Positions 29,065-40,392 are shown, counted from the stretch's first letter. The stretch: 64,000 nt of DNA from Alphaproteobacteria bacterium (GCA_964291675.2 OZ219866.1:2528001-2592000); one strand, 5' to 3'. Notes: generated by a model from the sequence alone, not told the origin. Made by a program: numbers and translations.

Positions 29065-29295
29065 ATGATTGAACGTCAAATCCGGAACTTCCGTCACTTC
29101 CTGCGGGCCAGCGAAGCCGTCTCCGCGCTGGAGTACGCGCTGCTCGTGGGCATCATCACCGTCGCCATCGGAGCGGCCGTCGCCCAGTTCGGCACCGACA
29201 TCCAGAACACCATCGAGGGTATGGGCGACGACGTGGTGACGCGCGGCAACCTGGTCGGGCAGAGCACCGCGCCGGCCACCCCCGCCACCCCGTAG
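29065..29295 (+). CDS. flp: Flp family type IVb/c pilin
   Basis: 76 aa; FLRASEA|VSALEYALLVGIITVAI with the E+5/Y+6 Flp motif. Confidence 0.88.
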   Translation: MIERQIRNFRHFLRASEAVSALEYALLVGIITVAIGAAVAQFGTDIQNTIEGMGDDVVTRGNLVGQSTAPATPATP

Positions 29296-29586
29296 CGTGC
29301 GGCCGGGGGCACGCCGGTCGCGTCGCCTTGGCGCTGCGACCGGCGCGCCAACGCCGGGAAAGCGGTCGGATATGCCAACCCCGCAGCCGCTTTCCCGGTT
29401 CGCCGTTCCCGCCACCGGTCGGATCGCGGACATCGATCCGCCCTCGGGGACAGACCGGAACAGCCCCGCTCGGTACCCGACCGGCGGGTCGAGGATATCG
29501 GCTCCCGGCGGTGAGTTCCACGGCGGCGGTCGTTCCTCAACCCCTCTTTGCACACAGGCCCGACATTGCCTTCCGAAAGCGTGGCC

Positions 29587-31392
29587 ATGAACCTCGACCC
29601 CTCGCGCGATAGCGATTTTCCACCGCCCACGCCCGCCCGGCCGGAGCGGGCGGTCGGTGCCGGCCGGGAAACCCTCCCGGCGCAGAACCTCACCGCGGGC
29701 GCGGCGATCCCCGATCGCGGGGCGGAGCCCGGGAACCCTGCTCCGGGTCTGGATCCCCTCGTCGCGTTCAGGGGCACGCCGGCCGCGCCGGGTACGCCGT
29801 TCAACGGGTTCGCGGCCGATTCCGGGCACCCTCCGGCGCAGCAAACCCTGCCCGGGGCCGCGATCTCCAGCGGCGTGGCGGCGGCGTCCCCGGCTCTCGA
29901 TCCCGCGTCCCTGCTGGGCAACGGAGCGCCGGTGCCGGGCACCCCGTTCACCGGGTTCGCGCCCGATACCGGACACGCGCCTCCGGCGGGCCCCGGCGAC
30001 GATCGGCCGGCTCTCGATCCCCGGCTTTTGTTCGCGAACGCACCGCCGGCGCCCGAGACCCCGGTCGACGGGTTCACCGCCGACTTCGAAGACGCGCTGG
30101 TCGAGGGCCTCTCCGAAGACGCCGCGACCTCGTCCCACGATGTCGCGCTGTTCGATCCCGCGGCGTTGAGCGCGGGCGCGGAATCCGGCGCGGCAGCGAC
30201 CGTTCCCCGACAAGACGCCGACCCCGGACGCGCGAAGCCCGGCGGCCGGGTCGCCGCGCTCGCCTTCGCCACCGATCAGCAAACCGAGAACGCCCTTCGG
30301 CAGGGCTTGCTGAATTTCAAGAAGCCGTCGCCGCAATACGACGATCCCGAGGTCTGGAGCGGCGGACTCCGGGCCGCCGTCTCCGCTCTGGCCGACGGGT
30401 ACTTCGCGCATCTCGTGATCGTCGACGTCGACGGAATCCCGTACCCGGCCGGCGCGATCCACGAATTGGCGGAAGTCTGCGACATGGGCACGACCGTGAT
30501 CGCGATCGGCTCCGACAATACCGCCAGGAGCAGCCGCGAGCTGCTGCTCGCCGGTGTCAGCGACTACCTGGTCAAGCCGATCACCGCGGCGGCCGTTCAG
30601 GAGTCGGTCGCGCGCGCCGCACGGTCCGACCCGATCGGGTCGGTGACGGGGAAGGTGGTCGGGTTCGCCGGCACCGGCGGCAGCGGAGCGACCACGCTGG
30701 TTGCCGCCGCCGCCCTGGAGGCGTCGGCGCGCGGTCGCTTCGTGTCGGTGGTCGACCTCAGCCGGACGGTGCCCACCTCGGCAATCCTGCTCGACGTCGA
30801 TCCGTCGGCCGGGCTCGATCAGCTCCTGGACGTCGCGGTGGGAGCGATCCCCGACCCGCAGATGCTGGATGGCGTGCGCACCCAGCGCTCGGAGCGCATT
30901 TCGGTCTACGCCTATCGCTGGAACGTCGAGCCGCTGGCCGTTCCCTCGCTTCAGGCGGTGGAGTGGCTGCTCGACGAGTTGAGACAGCGCTCCCAGCTCG
31001 TGCTGGTCGACGGGCTGGACGATCCGGATATGCGTTTCGCGGTCCTCGAACAGACCGACATACGCGTTGTCGTCGCCGAACCGACGGTCAGGGATGTCCT
31101 GCGCGCGGCGCGGATCGTCGATCTGCTCGGCGGTCGAGAGCCGACATTGCGGGTGCGGAACCACACAAGGGAGTTCAAACGCGGCTCGGGATCCGGGCCG
31201 CTCGTCGGGGCGGGAACGCAGCTCCCCGCGGATGTCGAAATTCCCTTCGAGCCGTCCTTGCCGGCGATCGCCGACCGCGGCTGGCCGGACGGCCGGATGC
31301 CGCGCCAGCTCCGCAAACCCCTTGCCGGGCTGATCGACCGGTTGCTTACGGATGCGGCCAGCGACCCGGCCGCCCTGTCCCGGGGAGGCTGA
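29587..31392 (+). CDS. cpaE: CpaE/TadZ-like protein with a Pro-rich repetitive N-terminal extension
   Basis: LVIVDVDG, GVSDYLVKP, GTGGSGATT, VVDL; about 200 aa N-terminal extension with three LDP...TP(F/V)xGF repeats. Confidence 0.78.
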   Translation: MNLDPSRDSDFPPPTPARPERAVGAGRETLPAQNLTAGAAIPDRGAEPGNPAPGLDPLVAFRGTPAAPGTPFNGFAADSGHPPAQQTLPGAAISSGVAAASPALDPASLLGNGAPVPGTPFTGFAPDTGHAPPAGPGDDRPALDPRLLFANAPPAPETPVDGFTADFEDALVEGLSEDAATSSHDVALFDPAALSAGAESGAAATVPRQDADPGRAKPGGRVAALAFATDQQTENALRQGLLNFKKPSPQYDDPEVWSGGLRAAVSALADGYFAHLVIVDVDGIPYPAGAIHELAEVCDMGTTVIAIGSDNTARSSRELLLAGVSDYLVKPITAAAVQESVARAARSDPIGSVTGKVVGFAGTGGSGATTLVAAAALEASARGRFVSVVDLSRTVPTSAILLDVDPSAGLDQLLDVAVGAIPDPQMLDGVRTQRSERISVYAYRWNVEPLAVPSLQAVEWLLDELRQRSQLVLVDGLDDPDMRFAVLEQTDIRVVVAEPTVRDVLRAARIVDLLGGREPTLRVRNHTREFKRGSGSGPLVGAGTQLPADVEIPFEPSLPAIADRGWPDGRMPRQLRKPLAGLIDRLLTDAASDPAALSRGG

Positions 31393-31394
31393 TC

Positions 31395-32797
<1,403 letters not shown>

Positions 32798-32801
<4 letters not shown>

Positions 32802-33763
32802 GCCCGATTTTCGCGATACTGGGCGCGACGGCGGCGCTCGTGCTGTGCGGCCTCGGCGTCGTCTTCGCCCTGTCGCGGCGCGGCGACAAGGCGTTCAGGC
32901 TGCGGCTCCGGCGCGTGTCCGAGCCGTTGACCGGAAGGCCGCTGGACGGCGGTGCGGCGGTCGACGGCGATATCTTTCGCAGCTCCCAGAACCGCTCCCA
33001 GTCGGGGCGCTTCTGGCAGTTCGTCCAGGCCCGCTATCCGCTGCTCGACCCGAGGCGTTCGGTCCCCCGCGGCATCGGGATCGGCATCGTCGCGGGGGCC
33101 GCCTTCTGGGGCGCGATGATGGTGCTGCAGATCCCGTCGGGCTGGTGGACCGTGCCGCTGGTCGGCATCGCCACGGTCGGCGGCGTGGTCTACGCGATGT
33201 CGTCCTTCCAGATGCGCCAGGTTGCCGAATTCACCCGGCAGTTCCCCGAGACCATCGACCAGATCGTGCGGCTTTCCCGCGCCGGCGTCCCGGCCCTGGA
33301 GGCGATCGCGGCCATCACGGAAGACTCGCAGCCGCCGATCAAGCCGATCCTGAGCAGTCTGTGCGACGGGCTGCTCGGCGGGCTCGACGCGGACACCGCG
33401 CTGCGCACCGCCGCCGCGCGCGTCCGTCTCGCCGAGTTCACCCTGTTCACCTCCGTCATCCGCCTGCAGCGGCGCTCGGGCGGCAGCATCTCCGCCGCGT
33501 TCGCCAACCTGTCCCAGACCCTGCGCGAACGCCGCAGCATCGCCTTGAAGGCGCGCGCCTCCACCGCGCAGACCCGGCTTACCTTGCTGGTGCTGTCCGT
33601 GATGCCGGTGCTGGTCCTGATCGGCCAGAAGTTCGTCGCGCCGAAATCGATCGAAATGCTGTTCGGCACCGAGCAAGGGACAAGCCTGCTCCACTGGGGG
33701 GTCGGTTTGATCGTCATGGGCCTGCTGACCGCGAAGTTCATCGCCTCGCGGGTGGAGAAGTAA
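32798..33763 (+). CDS. tadB: Tad inner-membrane platform protein TadB
   Basis: TTG start overlapping the cpaF stop; QFPETIDQIVRLSRAG, QRRSGG, T2SSF-like TM layout. Confidence 0.85.
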
Positions 33764-33779
33764 GGGGAGAGCAACGCAG

Positions 33780-34748
33780 ATGTTGACGGGAACGCTTCCG
33801 CTGACCGGAGCCATCGCGGCCGGCATCACGATTCTGGCCCTCGCGCCGCTCATATTCCGCGAGATGCGGCGGGCGCGCACTGTCGACCGGCGGCTGGCCA
33901 GCGTGCGCGGCCAGGCGGCGGCGACGGCGCCGGCGCCGGAGACCTTCGACCGGCGCGACAGGAGGTCGGCTTTCCGGGTGTTCGGGCTCGCGCTGCTGCG
34001 CTGCCTCTCGATGGTCGTGCCGGTGGGCGCCGCGGAGCGCGAGAAGCTCGCCGTGATGCTGCGCAAGGCGGGCTTCGCCCGGCAGGAAGCGCTGTCGGTG
34101 TTCCTGTCCGTCAAGCTCGCGGTCGCGCTCGCGCTGGCCGCCGCCCTCGCCCTGGTGGTCGCCGGCATAGAGTCGCTGGGCCAGGAGGCTTACGCCATCG
34201 GATTGGGCGCCCTGGTGGGCTTTATCGTCGGCGGGATGTTCCCCGAATACGGCCTCCGCGCCATCATCAGCCGTCGGCTGGGCGCCATGCAGTCCGCTCT
34301 TCCCGACGCCCTCGACATGATGGTGATGTGCCTCGAGACCGGTCTGACCGTGGAGCGCGGCATCATAACCGTCGCCGAGGAGCTGATGCCGATCGAGCCC
34401 AACCTGGCCAAGGAATTCCGCCAGATCGAGGCCGAGATCCGTCTCGGCTCCGACCGGCGGGCCGTGCTCGAGGAGTACTACCAGAGAACCGATATCGACG
34501 GGCTCGGCGATTTCGCGATGGCCCTCATCCAGAGCGATCGCTACGGCACGCCGCTCTCCCAGTCCATGAAGAGCATCGCCAGCGACGCACGTCTGCAAAA
34601 GGCGGCGCGGGTCGCCGCCCAGGCGGAGCGCCTTCCGGTGCTGATGACCCTGCCGATGCTGATATTCGTGGTGCCCGGCACGATGCTTCTGGTCGCCGGC
34701 CCCGCCTTCCTCACCGCGATGTCGTCGCTCAAGAGTTTTGCCGGATAG
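33780..34748 (+). CDS. tadC: Tad inner-membrane platform protein TadC
   Basis: LPDALDMMVMCLETGL, LIQSDRYGTPL, LPVLMTLPMLIF. Confidence 0.9.
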   Translation: MLTGTLPLTGAIAAGITILALAPLIFREMRRARTVDRRLASVRGQAAATAPAPETFDRRDRRSAFRVFGLALLRCLSMVVPVGAAEREKLAVMLRKAGFARQEALSVFLSVKLAVALALAAALALVVAGIESLGQEAYAIGLGALVGFIVGGMFPEYGLRAIISRRLGAMQSALPDALDMMVMCLETGLTVERGIITVAEELMPIEPNLAKEFRQIEAEIRLGSDRRAVLEEYYQRTDIDGLGDFAMALIQSDRYGTPLSQSMKSIASDARLQKAARVAAQAERLPVLMTLPMLIFVVPGTMLLVAGPAFLTAMSSLKSFAG

Positions 34749-34749
34749 C

Positions 34750-35736
34750 ATGACCGCAACCCTCTCCCCGTACCGCCGCCGGGCCGCGTCGTCCGCGCTG
34801 CTGTGGGTGGCCGTCGGCGCGCTCCTGGTCCTTGCGGCCGGCGTCGAGGCCGAAGAGCCCATTCTGCCGATACCCAGGCAGGTCGATGTCGATCCCGCCA
34901 AGGCGGCGCTGGGCCGAGACCTGTTTCACGACCCCATCCTGTCGAAGGACGACACGATTTCCTGCGCGAGCTGCCACGACCTGGCAAGCGGCGGCGATGA
35001 CGGCCGCAGGGTCTCGGTCGGAGTCGACGACAAGCCCGGCGTGGTCAACGCGCCGACCGTGTTCAACGTCGCCATGAACTTCAAGCAATTCTGGGACGGC
35101 CGGGCGGATACGCTCGAGGACCAGATCGACGGTCCCGTGCAATCCCCTTTCGAGATGGGCAGCGTGTGGCCCGAGGTCGTCGCCAAGCTCTACAGGGCCG
35201 ACGGATACCGCATGCGATTCGAGGAGCTCTATCCCGACGGTATCAATCGCAAGAACATCAAGAACGCGATCGTCGAGTTCATGACCACCCTGTCCACGCC
35301 GAACAGCCGCTTCGACCGGTGGCTGGAAGGCGACAAGACGGCGCTGAACGCCCACGAGCTGCGCGGATACGAGCTGTTCAAGGATTACGGCTGCGCTTCG
35401 TGCCATCAGGGCGCCAATGTCGGGGGCAACATGTTCCAGGTCTTCGGCGTGCTGAACGACTATTTCAAGAAGCGCGGCGACATCACCGAGGCCGATCTCG
35501 GCCGCTACGCGATAACCGGGAACGATGAGGACCGGCACGCATTCAAGGTGCCGAGCCTGCGTCTGGCCGCCTTGACCGCGCCCTATCTGCACGACGGATC
35601 CGCCGCCACCCTGCGGGACGCCGTCGACGCCATGTTCGAGTTTCAGCTGGGGAGGGAGGCGCCCGACCAGGACAAGGAAGCGATCGTGGCGTTCATCAAG
35701 ACGCTGGTGGGCGAATCCAAGGAGCTATCACCATGA
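34750..35736 (+). CDS. Di-heme cytochrome c peroxidase (CCP/MauG family)
   Basis: Signal peptide; two CASCH motifs; NAPTVFN, QFWDGRA.TLEDQ..GP....FEM, FKVPSLR, APYLHDG. Confidence 0.92.
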   Translation: MTATLSPYRRRAASSALLWVAVGALLVLAAGVEAEEPILPIPRQVDVDPAKAALGRDLFHDPILSKDDTISCASCHDLASGGDDGRRVSVGVDDKPGVVNAPTVFNVAMNFKQFWDGRADTLEDQIDGPVQSPFEMGSVWPEVVAKLYRADGYRMRFEELYPDGINRKNIKNAIVEFMTTLSTPNSRFDRWLEGDKTALNAHELRGYELFKDYGCASCHQGANVGGNMFQVFGVLNDYFKKRGDITEADLGRYAITGNDEDRHAFKVPSLRLAALTAPYLHDGSAATLRDAVDAMFEFQLGREAPDQDKEAIVAFIKTLVGESKELSP

Positions 35737-37484
35737 GATCCGGCTCGGTCATCCTCGGCGTCTCGGTCTCCGCTGTCCTGCTGGCCGCGGCTGCCTATCT
35801 GTACCTGTTTGCCCATGACGGCAGCAGCCGGCACTACCGCAAGTCGATCGATCTCGTCCGGCAGATGCAGGTCCTGTCCACCGGGTGGAGCATGGAGGTC
35901 ACCCGCGTCAGGGCCGACGCGCTCGCCGACTTCGACTCGCTGGCCGGCTTCATCCCCCGGGTGGCGCGGTTGAAGGTGAGACTCGCCCAAAGGGCCCAGC
36001 GCATACCCGACCTGCCCGATCGCATCGCCGGGGAAATCAACGCCTTCATCAGTGCCATCGAAGCGCAGGAAGAGCGCATCGAGCGGTTCAAGACCGGCTA
36101 TGCCGTGGTGCGGAATTCCAGGCGCTATCTTCCGCTTGCCGCCGCCAGCGTGTCGCGGCAGGCCGCGTCGTCCGGCAACGCCCGTCTGGTCGAGGCCGTT
36201 CCGCCCCTGGTGCGCGATGTGAACCTGTATGTCGCGACACCGACCCTGACGGCCAAGAACCGCCTGAAGGTCGAGATCGACGAGCTCCGCAAGACGAACG
36301 TCCGCTATCCGCCGCCATTGGCCAACGCGCTGGGAAACCTGTTGGACCACGCGGAGGTGCTGGTCGACAGGCAGCGGCGGACCGAGGAGCTCTTCGCGGA
36401 GGCCACGTCCGACGAGCTCTCCCGGTTCGCCGACCAGCTGACCGTCAATCTCGAATTCGAGCTCGGAAGGGCAGCGGTCCAGGCCAGGTACTACGATCAC
36501 GGAATCGTGGCCCTGTTCGGCGCGCTCGCCCTGTTCTGGATCGCGTTTGCGCTGCTCTACCAGCTCCGCGGCCGCCGCAAGGCTGTCCAGACCGACCCGG
36601 CGCAAGGGGTCGCCGGCGAGGCCGATGCCTTGGCCGCGCCCCAGCCGCAGCCGGTGGCCCGCTTCGCGCCGGACCGCTCGCGGCTCGACGCGGCGGCGCC
36701 GGTCGCGCGGCAACCGGTCGGCCTTCCGGCGCCCAAGGACCCCGGCTCCGTGCTGCAGAACGGGTTCGTCGTGAAATGCGTCGCCGGCATCCTCGCCTCC
36801 TCGGCCGAAGAGATCGACGACCGCATGGAATTCCTGCAAAAGACGCACGAGCGAATCCGCCACGCCCTGCACCACGGCGATCTGCCTCCCGATCTGACGG
36901 CGGAAGCCGGCCTGGACGAGGAGTTCGCCGCGATTCCCGCCATAGCTTCCAGCGTGCGGCAAAGGTTGACCGGCATCGCCAGTCTCGCGAAACGCCTGGA
37001 TGTGTTCTCGGACACGCAGGCCAACCATGTCGACCGGGCGATGATCGACGTCAACGCCTGCATCGAGGGCGTGATCGCAGCGGCCGGCTCGGCGTCCAAC
37101 GCGACATTCATCACGAACCTCGGCGAAGTTCCCCGGATACTGGCCTGCCAATCCGACCTGCAGATGCTGGTCGCGGAGCTCGTCGAGAACTCGTTGGCCG
37201 CCGTGCAGGGCCAGGCGGACAAGAAGGGCATCGTCAAGATCGACACCGCCCGCAAGGACGGAGAGGTCATGATCACCGTCATCGACAACGGTGTGGGCAT
37301 CTCCGCCGACCGGCAGAGAAGCATATTCAAGCCGTTCTACACCTCCCGGGAGGGCGCCCTCGGCATCGGCCTGCCGCTGGCCGGCCATCTCGTCGGAAAG
37401 TACCGGGGAACCATCAAGGTGAATTCGCTTCCGGGCCAGGGTACCGTGGCCCGTATCAGCCTGCCCGCCGGGACGGCACGATGA
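35733..37484 (+). CDS. DAHL-like sensor domain + HATPase_c histidine-kinase-like protein with degenerate H-box
   Basis: Two TMs flanking a helical domain (IERFKT..AVVRNSRRYLP resembles DAHL); N/G1/F/G2 boxes ELVENS, DNGVGI, IFKPFYT, GIGL. Confidence 0.75.
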   Translation: MRSGSVILGVSVSAVLLAAAAYLYLFAHDGSSRHYRKSIDLVRQMQVLSTGWSMEVTRVRADALADFDSLAGFIPRVARLKVRLAQRAQRIPDLPDRIAGEINAFISAIEAQEERIERFKTGYAVVRNSRRYLPLAAASVSRQAASSGNARLVEAVPPLVRDVNLYVATPTLTAKNRLKVEIDELRKTNVRYPPPLANALGNLLDHAEVLVDRQRRTEELFAEATSDELSRFADQLTVNLEFELGRAAVQARYYDHGIVALFGALALFWIAFALLYQLRGRRKAVQTDPAQGVAGEADALAAPQPQPVARFAPDRSRLDAAAPVARQPVGLPAPKDPGSVLQNGFVVKCVAGILASSAEEIDDRMEFLQKTHERIRHALHHGDLPPDLTAEAGLDEEFAAIPAIASSVRQRLTGIASLAKRLDVFSDTQANHVDRAMIDVNACIEGVIAAAGSASNATFITNLGEVPRILACQSDLQMLVAELVENSLAAVQGQADKKGIVKIDTARKDGEVMITVIDNGVGISADRQRSIFKPFYTSREGALGIGLPLAGHLVGKYRGTIKVNSLPGQGTVARISLPAGTAR

Positions 37485-38800
37485 GGGCCTGGCGGCTCCG
37501 CCGCGCCAGCCTGCGGGCGCAGCTGGTTTCCAACGCCGTGCTCGGCATCGCGGTTCCCGCCGCGCTCGCGGGCGGGGTCGCGCTGTTCCTGTTGACCGAT
37601 CACCTCGCCGTCATCGACGCGGGCCTGGACAGGAGCCGGCAGGCGCTGACCCGGGAAATCGCCCGCTCCGAGCTCGCGGTCCGGGCGAGCGACACCGCGC
37701 GGCAAATCGACACGTTCCTGATCAGCCGAATCCTGGAGGCGAAGCTCTGGGCGTCGTCCCCCATCGTCATCGATGCCGCGCGCTCGGCCGCTCGCAAGCA
37801 CCGGGCCGAAGGGCTGACGAACGCGGCCATCGCGGATGTCGAGCGCCGGTTTCCGACGCGCAAGACCCTGGGGCTCTGGCCGCGGGCGGACTCCCATCTG
37901 CGTCAACAGGTCGCGGAGTCGCCGTATTTCGCTGAGATATTCTTCACCGACCGCAACGGATTCAACGTGGCAATGACCAACCGGACGAGCGATTTCGTGC
38001 AATCCGACGAGAGCTGGTGGAAGAGCGCCTGGGCGCATGGCGCGTCGGTCGGCGAGCTCCGGTACGACGAATCCGCCGGCGTCTGGTCGGTCGACATTTC
38101 GCTCCGTATCGACTCTTCGGACGGCCAAACTCCGCTGGGCGTCATGAAGATGGTTCTGGCGATCGAGGCGGTCCAGAAGATCGCCGATCTCGCCGCGGGA
38201 GACGTTTCCGCCGGCCGGGTCGTGGTGGCCAGCGGTCTCGGCGCGCTGATCGCCGAGACCGCCTCCGGCCACGATCCGCAGCGAATCATGAGCCGCGACA
38301 TCGACTTGCGGGAGCAGGGCGAGCCGTCCACGCGGGCCGGCTTCGACGGAGACCGGACCGGATTCGCGGTCGGCGAGAACTGGTTGACGGGCTACTCCCG
38401 GACCGGCGGGCACGAGGTCTACGCCCGGACGGTCGGCGGGTTCTCCGGCCTCGAGTGGATCGTCATCGTGCAAAAGCCGGTGGCTGCGATCCATGAGCCG
38501 ATCGCGGCGCTGCGCAGTATCGAGGACGCGCTGCGCGACTGGCGCCTGATACTCGCCGTCGCGTTCGGCGCCACGATCGTCCTCTGCACGGGCATGGCCA
38601 TCGTGCTTTCCGTCGCCTCCGCGCGCCGATACGCATCGGCGCTCGCCGCGATAAGCGAGATGGCCGATCGCGCGGCGCGGGGTGCGCCCGCAAGCTGGCC
38701 CGTCATCGAGGACCCCGAGGAAATCGTTCGCGTGAACGACGCGGTTCGCCGGCTGAGCGAGCCGCGCGACCCGTTTCCGTTACCCGGCGATGCACGCTAG
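37481..38800 (+). CDS. Cache-domain membrane protein with a HAMP-like tail and no output domain
   Basis: ATG 37481 overlaps the upstream stop; TM-[EIFFTDRNGFNVA..TSDFVQSDE.WW..YDESAG]-TM, then PEEI....AV.RL and stop. Confidence 0.72.
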   Translation: MRAWRLRRASLRAQLVSNAVLGIAVPAALAGGVALFLLTDHLAVIDAGLDRSRQALTREIARSELAVRASDTARQIDTFLISRILEAKLWASSPIVIDAARSAARKHRAEGLTNAAIADVERRFPTRKTLGLWPRADSHLRQQVAESPYFAEIFFTDRNGFNVAMTNRTSDFVQSDESWWKSAWAHGASVGELRYDESAGVWSVDISLRIDSSDGQTPLGVMKMVLAIEAVQKIADLAAGDVSAGRVVVASGLGALIAETASGHDPQRIMSRDIDLREQGEPSTRAGFDGDRTGFAVGENWLTGYSRTGGHEVYARTVGGFSGLEWIVIVQKPVAAIHEPIAALRSIEDALRDWRLILAVAFGATIVLCTGMAIVLSVASARRYASALAAISEMADRAARGAPASWPVIEDPEEIVRVNDAVRRLSEPRDPFPLPGDAR

Positions 38801-38860
38801 GCCGCGGGCGCGCCTGGGCGCAGCGGTCGGCTCGAACCTGACGCGTAGGAGACTGAGTGG

Positions 38861-39352
38861 ATGGTAGGCGCCGGTTCGTCGGTGGTGTGGCTGGTGGAGT
38901 GGGGTGCATGCGCGTTGTTCATCGCCGGGGCGATAACCGACCTGCGTTGGCGCCGGGTGCCCAACACGATTCCCGCCCTTCTGATCGGGCTCTTCGCGCT
39001 GCACGCGGCGATCGGCCAGATCCGCCCGCCGGGCGCGTTGTGGACGCATCTGGCGATCGGCCTGATCCTGCTCTGCGCCGGGTTCGCGCTGTACTTGACC
39101 GGACGGTTCGGTGCGGGCGACGCCAAGCTGATCGCGGTCGCCGGGCTGTGGGTCGGACCGGCCGATCTCAGCTTCTTCCTGTTCGGCATCGCCCTGGGCG
39201 CTTTCACTCTCTGCGCGTTCGCCATGCTGCCGATGCCCGTGGCGCGGCGCTGGCGGTCGGCGTTGCCCTTCGCGGTGGCGATCGTACCGCCGACCGTTGC
39301 CGTGTTGATCCCGCGCACGCTGTCGCAACCTCTTCACTATCCCCTGTCATGA
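38861..39352 (+). CDS. cpaA: Prepilin peptidase CpaA/TadV (A24 family)
   Basis: Catalytic Asp motifs ITDLRWRRVPN and GAGDAKL; C-terminal LPFAVAI. Confidence 0.88.
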   Translation: MVGAGSSVVWLVEWGACALFIAGAITDLRWRRVPNTIPALLIGLFALHAAIGQIRPPGALWTHLAIGLILLCAGFALYLTGRFGAGDAKLIAVAGLWVGPADLSFFLFGIALGAFTLCAFAMLPMPVARRWRSALPFAVAIVPPTVAVLIPRTLSQPLHYPLS

Positions 39353-39432
39353 CCCCTGGTTCCCGTGCCCATTCCGCCGGCCACGCCCGTCAGGGCGCCG
39401 AAGCTTCGCGGTAAACCCGGAGAAACCATCCG

Positions 39433-40392
39433 ATGCACAGATACCGAAACCTGATCTTCCTGGGGCTGCTGGCCGCGATCCCGTTGATCGGCGCGATCGT
39501 CCTGGCCAACGTCTTCCTGTCGGGGGAGGAGGCCGGCCCGGTCCGCTCGGCGCGGCAGCCCCAGCAACAACCGGCGCCCAAGGCGCCGATTACCCGCAAG
39601 GTCGTCGTGGCCGACCGCAACCTGCCGGTGGGCACGCTGCTCGGGGACGGGGATCTGGGCACGCTGGACATGGAGCAGGGCAAGATTCGGCGCGGCCACA
39701 TCGTGCTGGACGGCGCCAGGACCGTCGATGCGTTACGCGGCTATGCCATGCGCCAGCCGCTGTCGCCCGGGGCCCCGCTGACCTGGTCGGCGATCGTCGG
39801 CCCGGGGCAGCGCGGGTTTCTCGCCGCGGCGTTGCGGCCGGGCACGAGGGCGGTGACGATCCAGCTCGGCAAGGGCACGCGCCATGCCGGGCTGGTCGAT
39901 CCGGGCGACCGGGTGGATGTGATCCTGACCGCGAGGCTGCGGCTCCCCGACGGCACCAAGACCGTGTTCACGCGCACCATCATGGAGGATGTGCGCGTGG
40001 TCGCGGTCGACCGCCGGGTCGAAAACGCCGACGCGCCGAAGAAGAAGGGCGAGAGACTCAAGCGCACCGAGATCATCACCGCCACCCTGGAGGTGGCCCC
40101 CGCCCAGGCCGGTCGCCTGGCGCTCGGCGCGCACGAGGGCACGCTCTCCGTCGCGGTGCGCTCGCTCGCCTCGGCCCCGCGGCACGGCGGCAACAGGGCC
40201 GTCGATCTGGAACAGTTGATGGCCTCGCCCGAGGACCAGGGAGAGGCGGTGGTCGCGAGCAGCGGGCCGGGGGTGGGAGGGGGCAGTCTGGAGCCGTGGA
40301 AGAAGGTTCGCGTGTTCCGCGGAGACAAGGTGAGCGTGGAAAAGTTCGCCGATCCGTCGCGCAGCGGGGATAGCGAGGTCCTCGGGCAGTAG
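39433..40392 (+). CDS. cpaB: Flp pilus assembly protein CpaB/RcpC
   Basis: N-terminal TM; SAF domain VVVADRNLPVGT; LRPGTRAVTI, GLVDPGDRVDVIL, DVRVVAVD. Confidence 0.92.
   Translation: MHRYRNLIFLGLLAAIPLIGAIVLANVFLSGEEAGPVRSARQPQQQPAPKAPITRKVVVADRNLPVGTLLGDGDLGTLDMEQGKIRRGHIVLDGARTVDALRGYAMRQPLSPGAPLTWSAIVGPGQRGFLAAALRPGTRAVTIQLGKGTRHAGLVDPGDRVDVILTARLRLPDGTKTVFTRTIMEDVRVVAVDRRVENADAPKKKGERLKRTEIITATLEVAPAQAGRLALGAHEGTLSVAVRSLASAPRHGGNRAVDLEQLMASPEDQGEAVVASSGPGVGGGSLEPWKKVRVFRGDKVSVEKFADPSRSGDSEVLGQ

Noticed and set aside
35885-38800. 971-aa ORF suggesting a giant Cache protein
   Set aside because: The upstream part is an off-frame overlap of the kinase gene; ATG 37481 overlaps the kinase stop.
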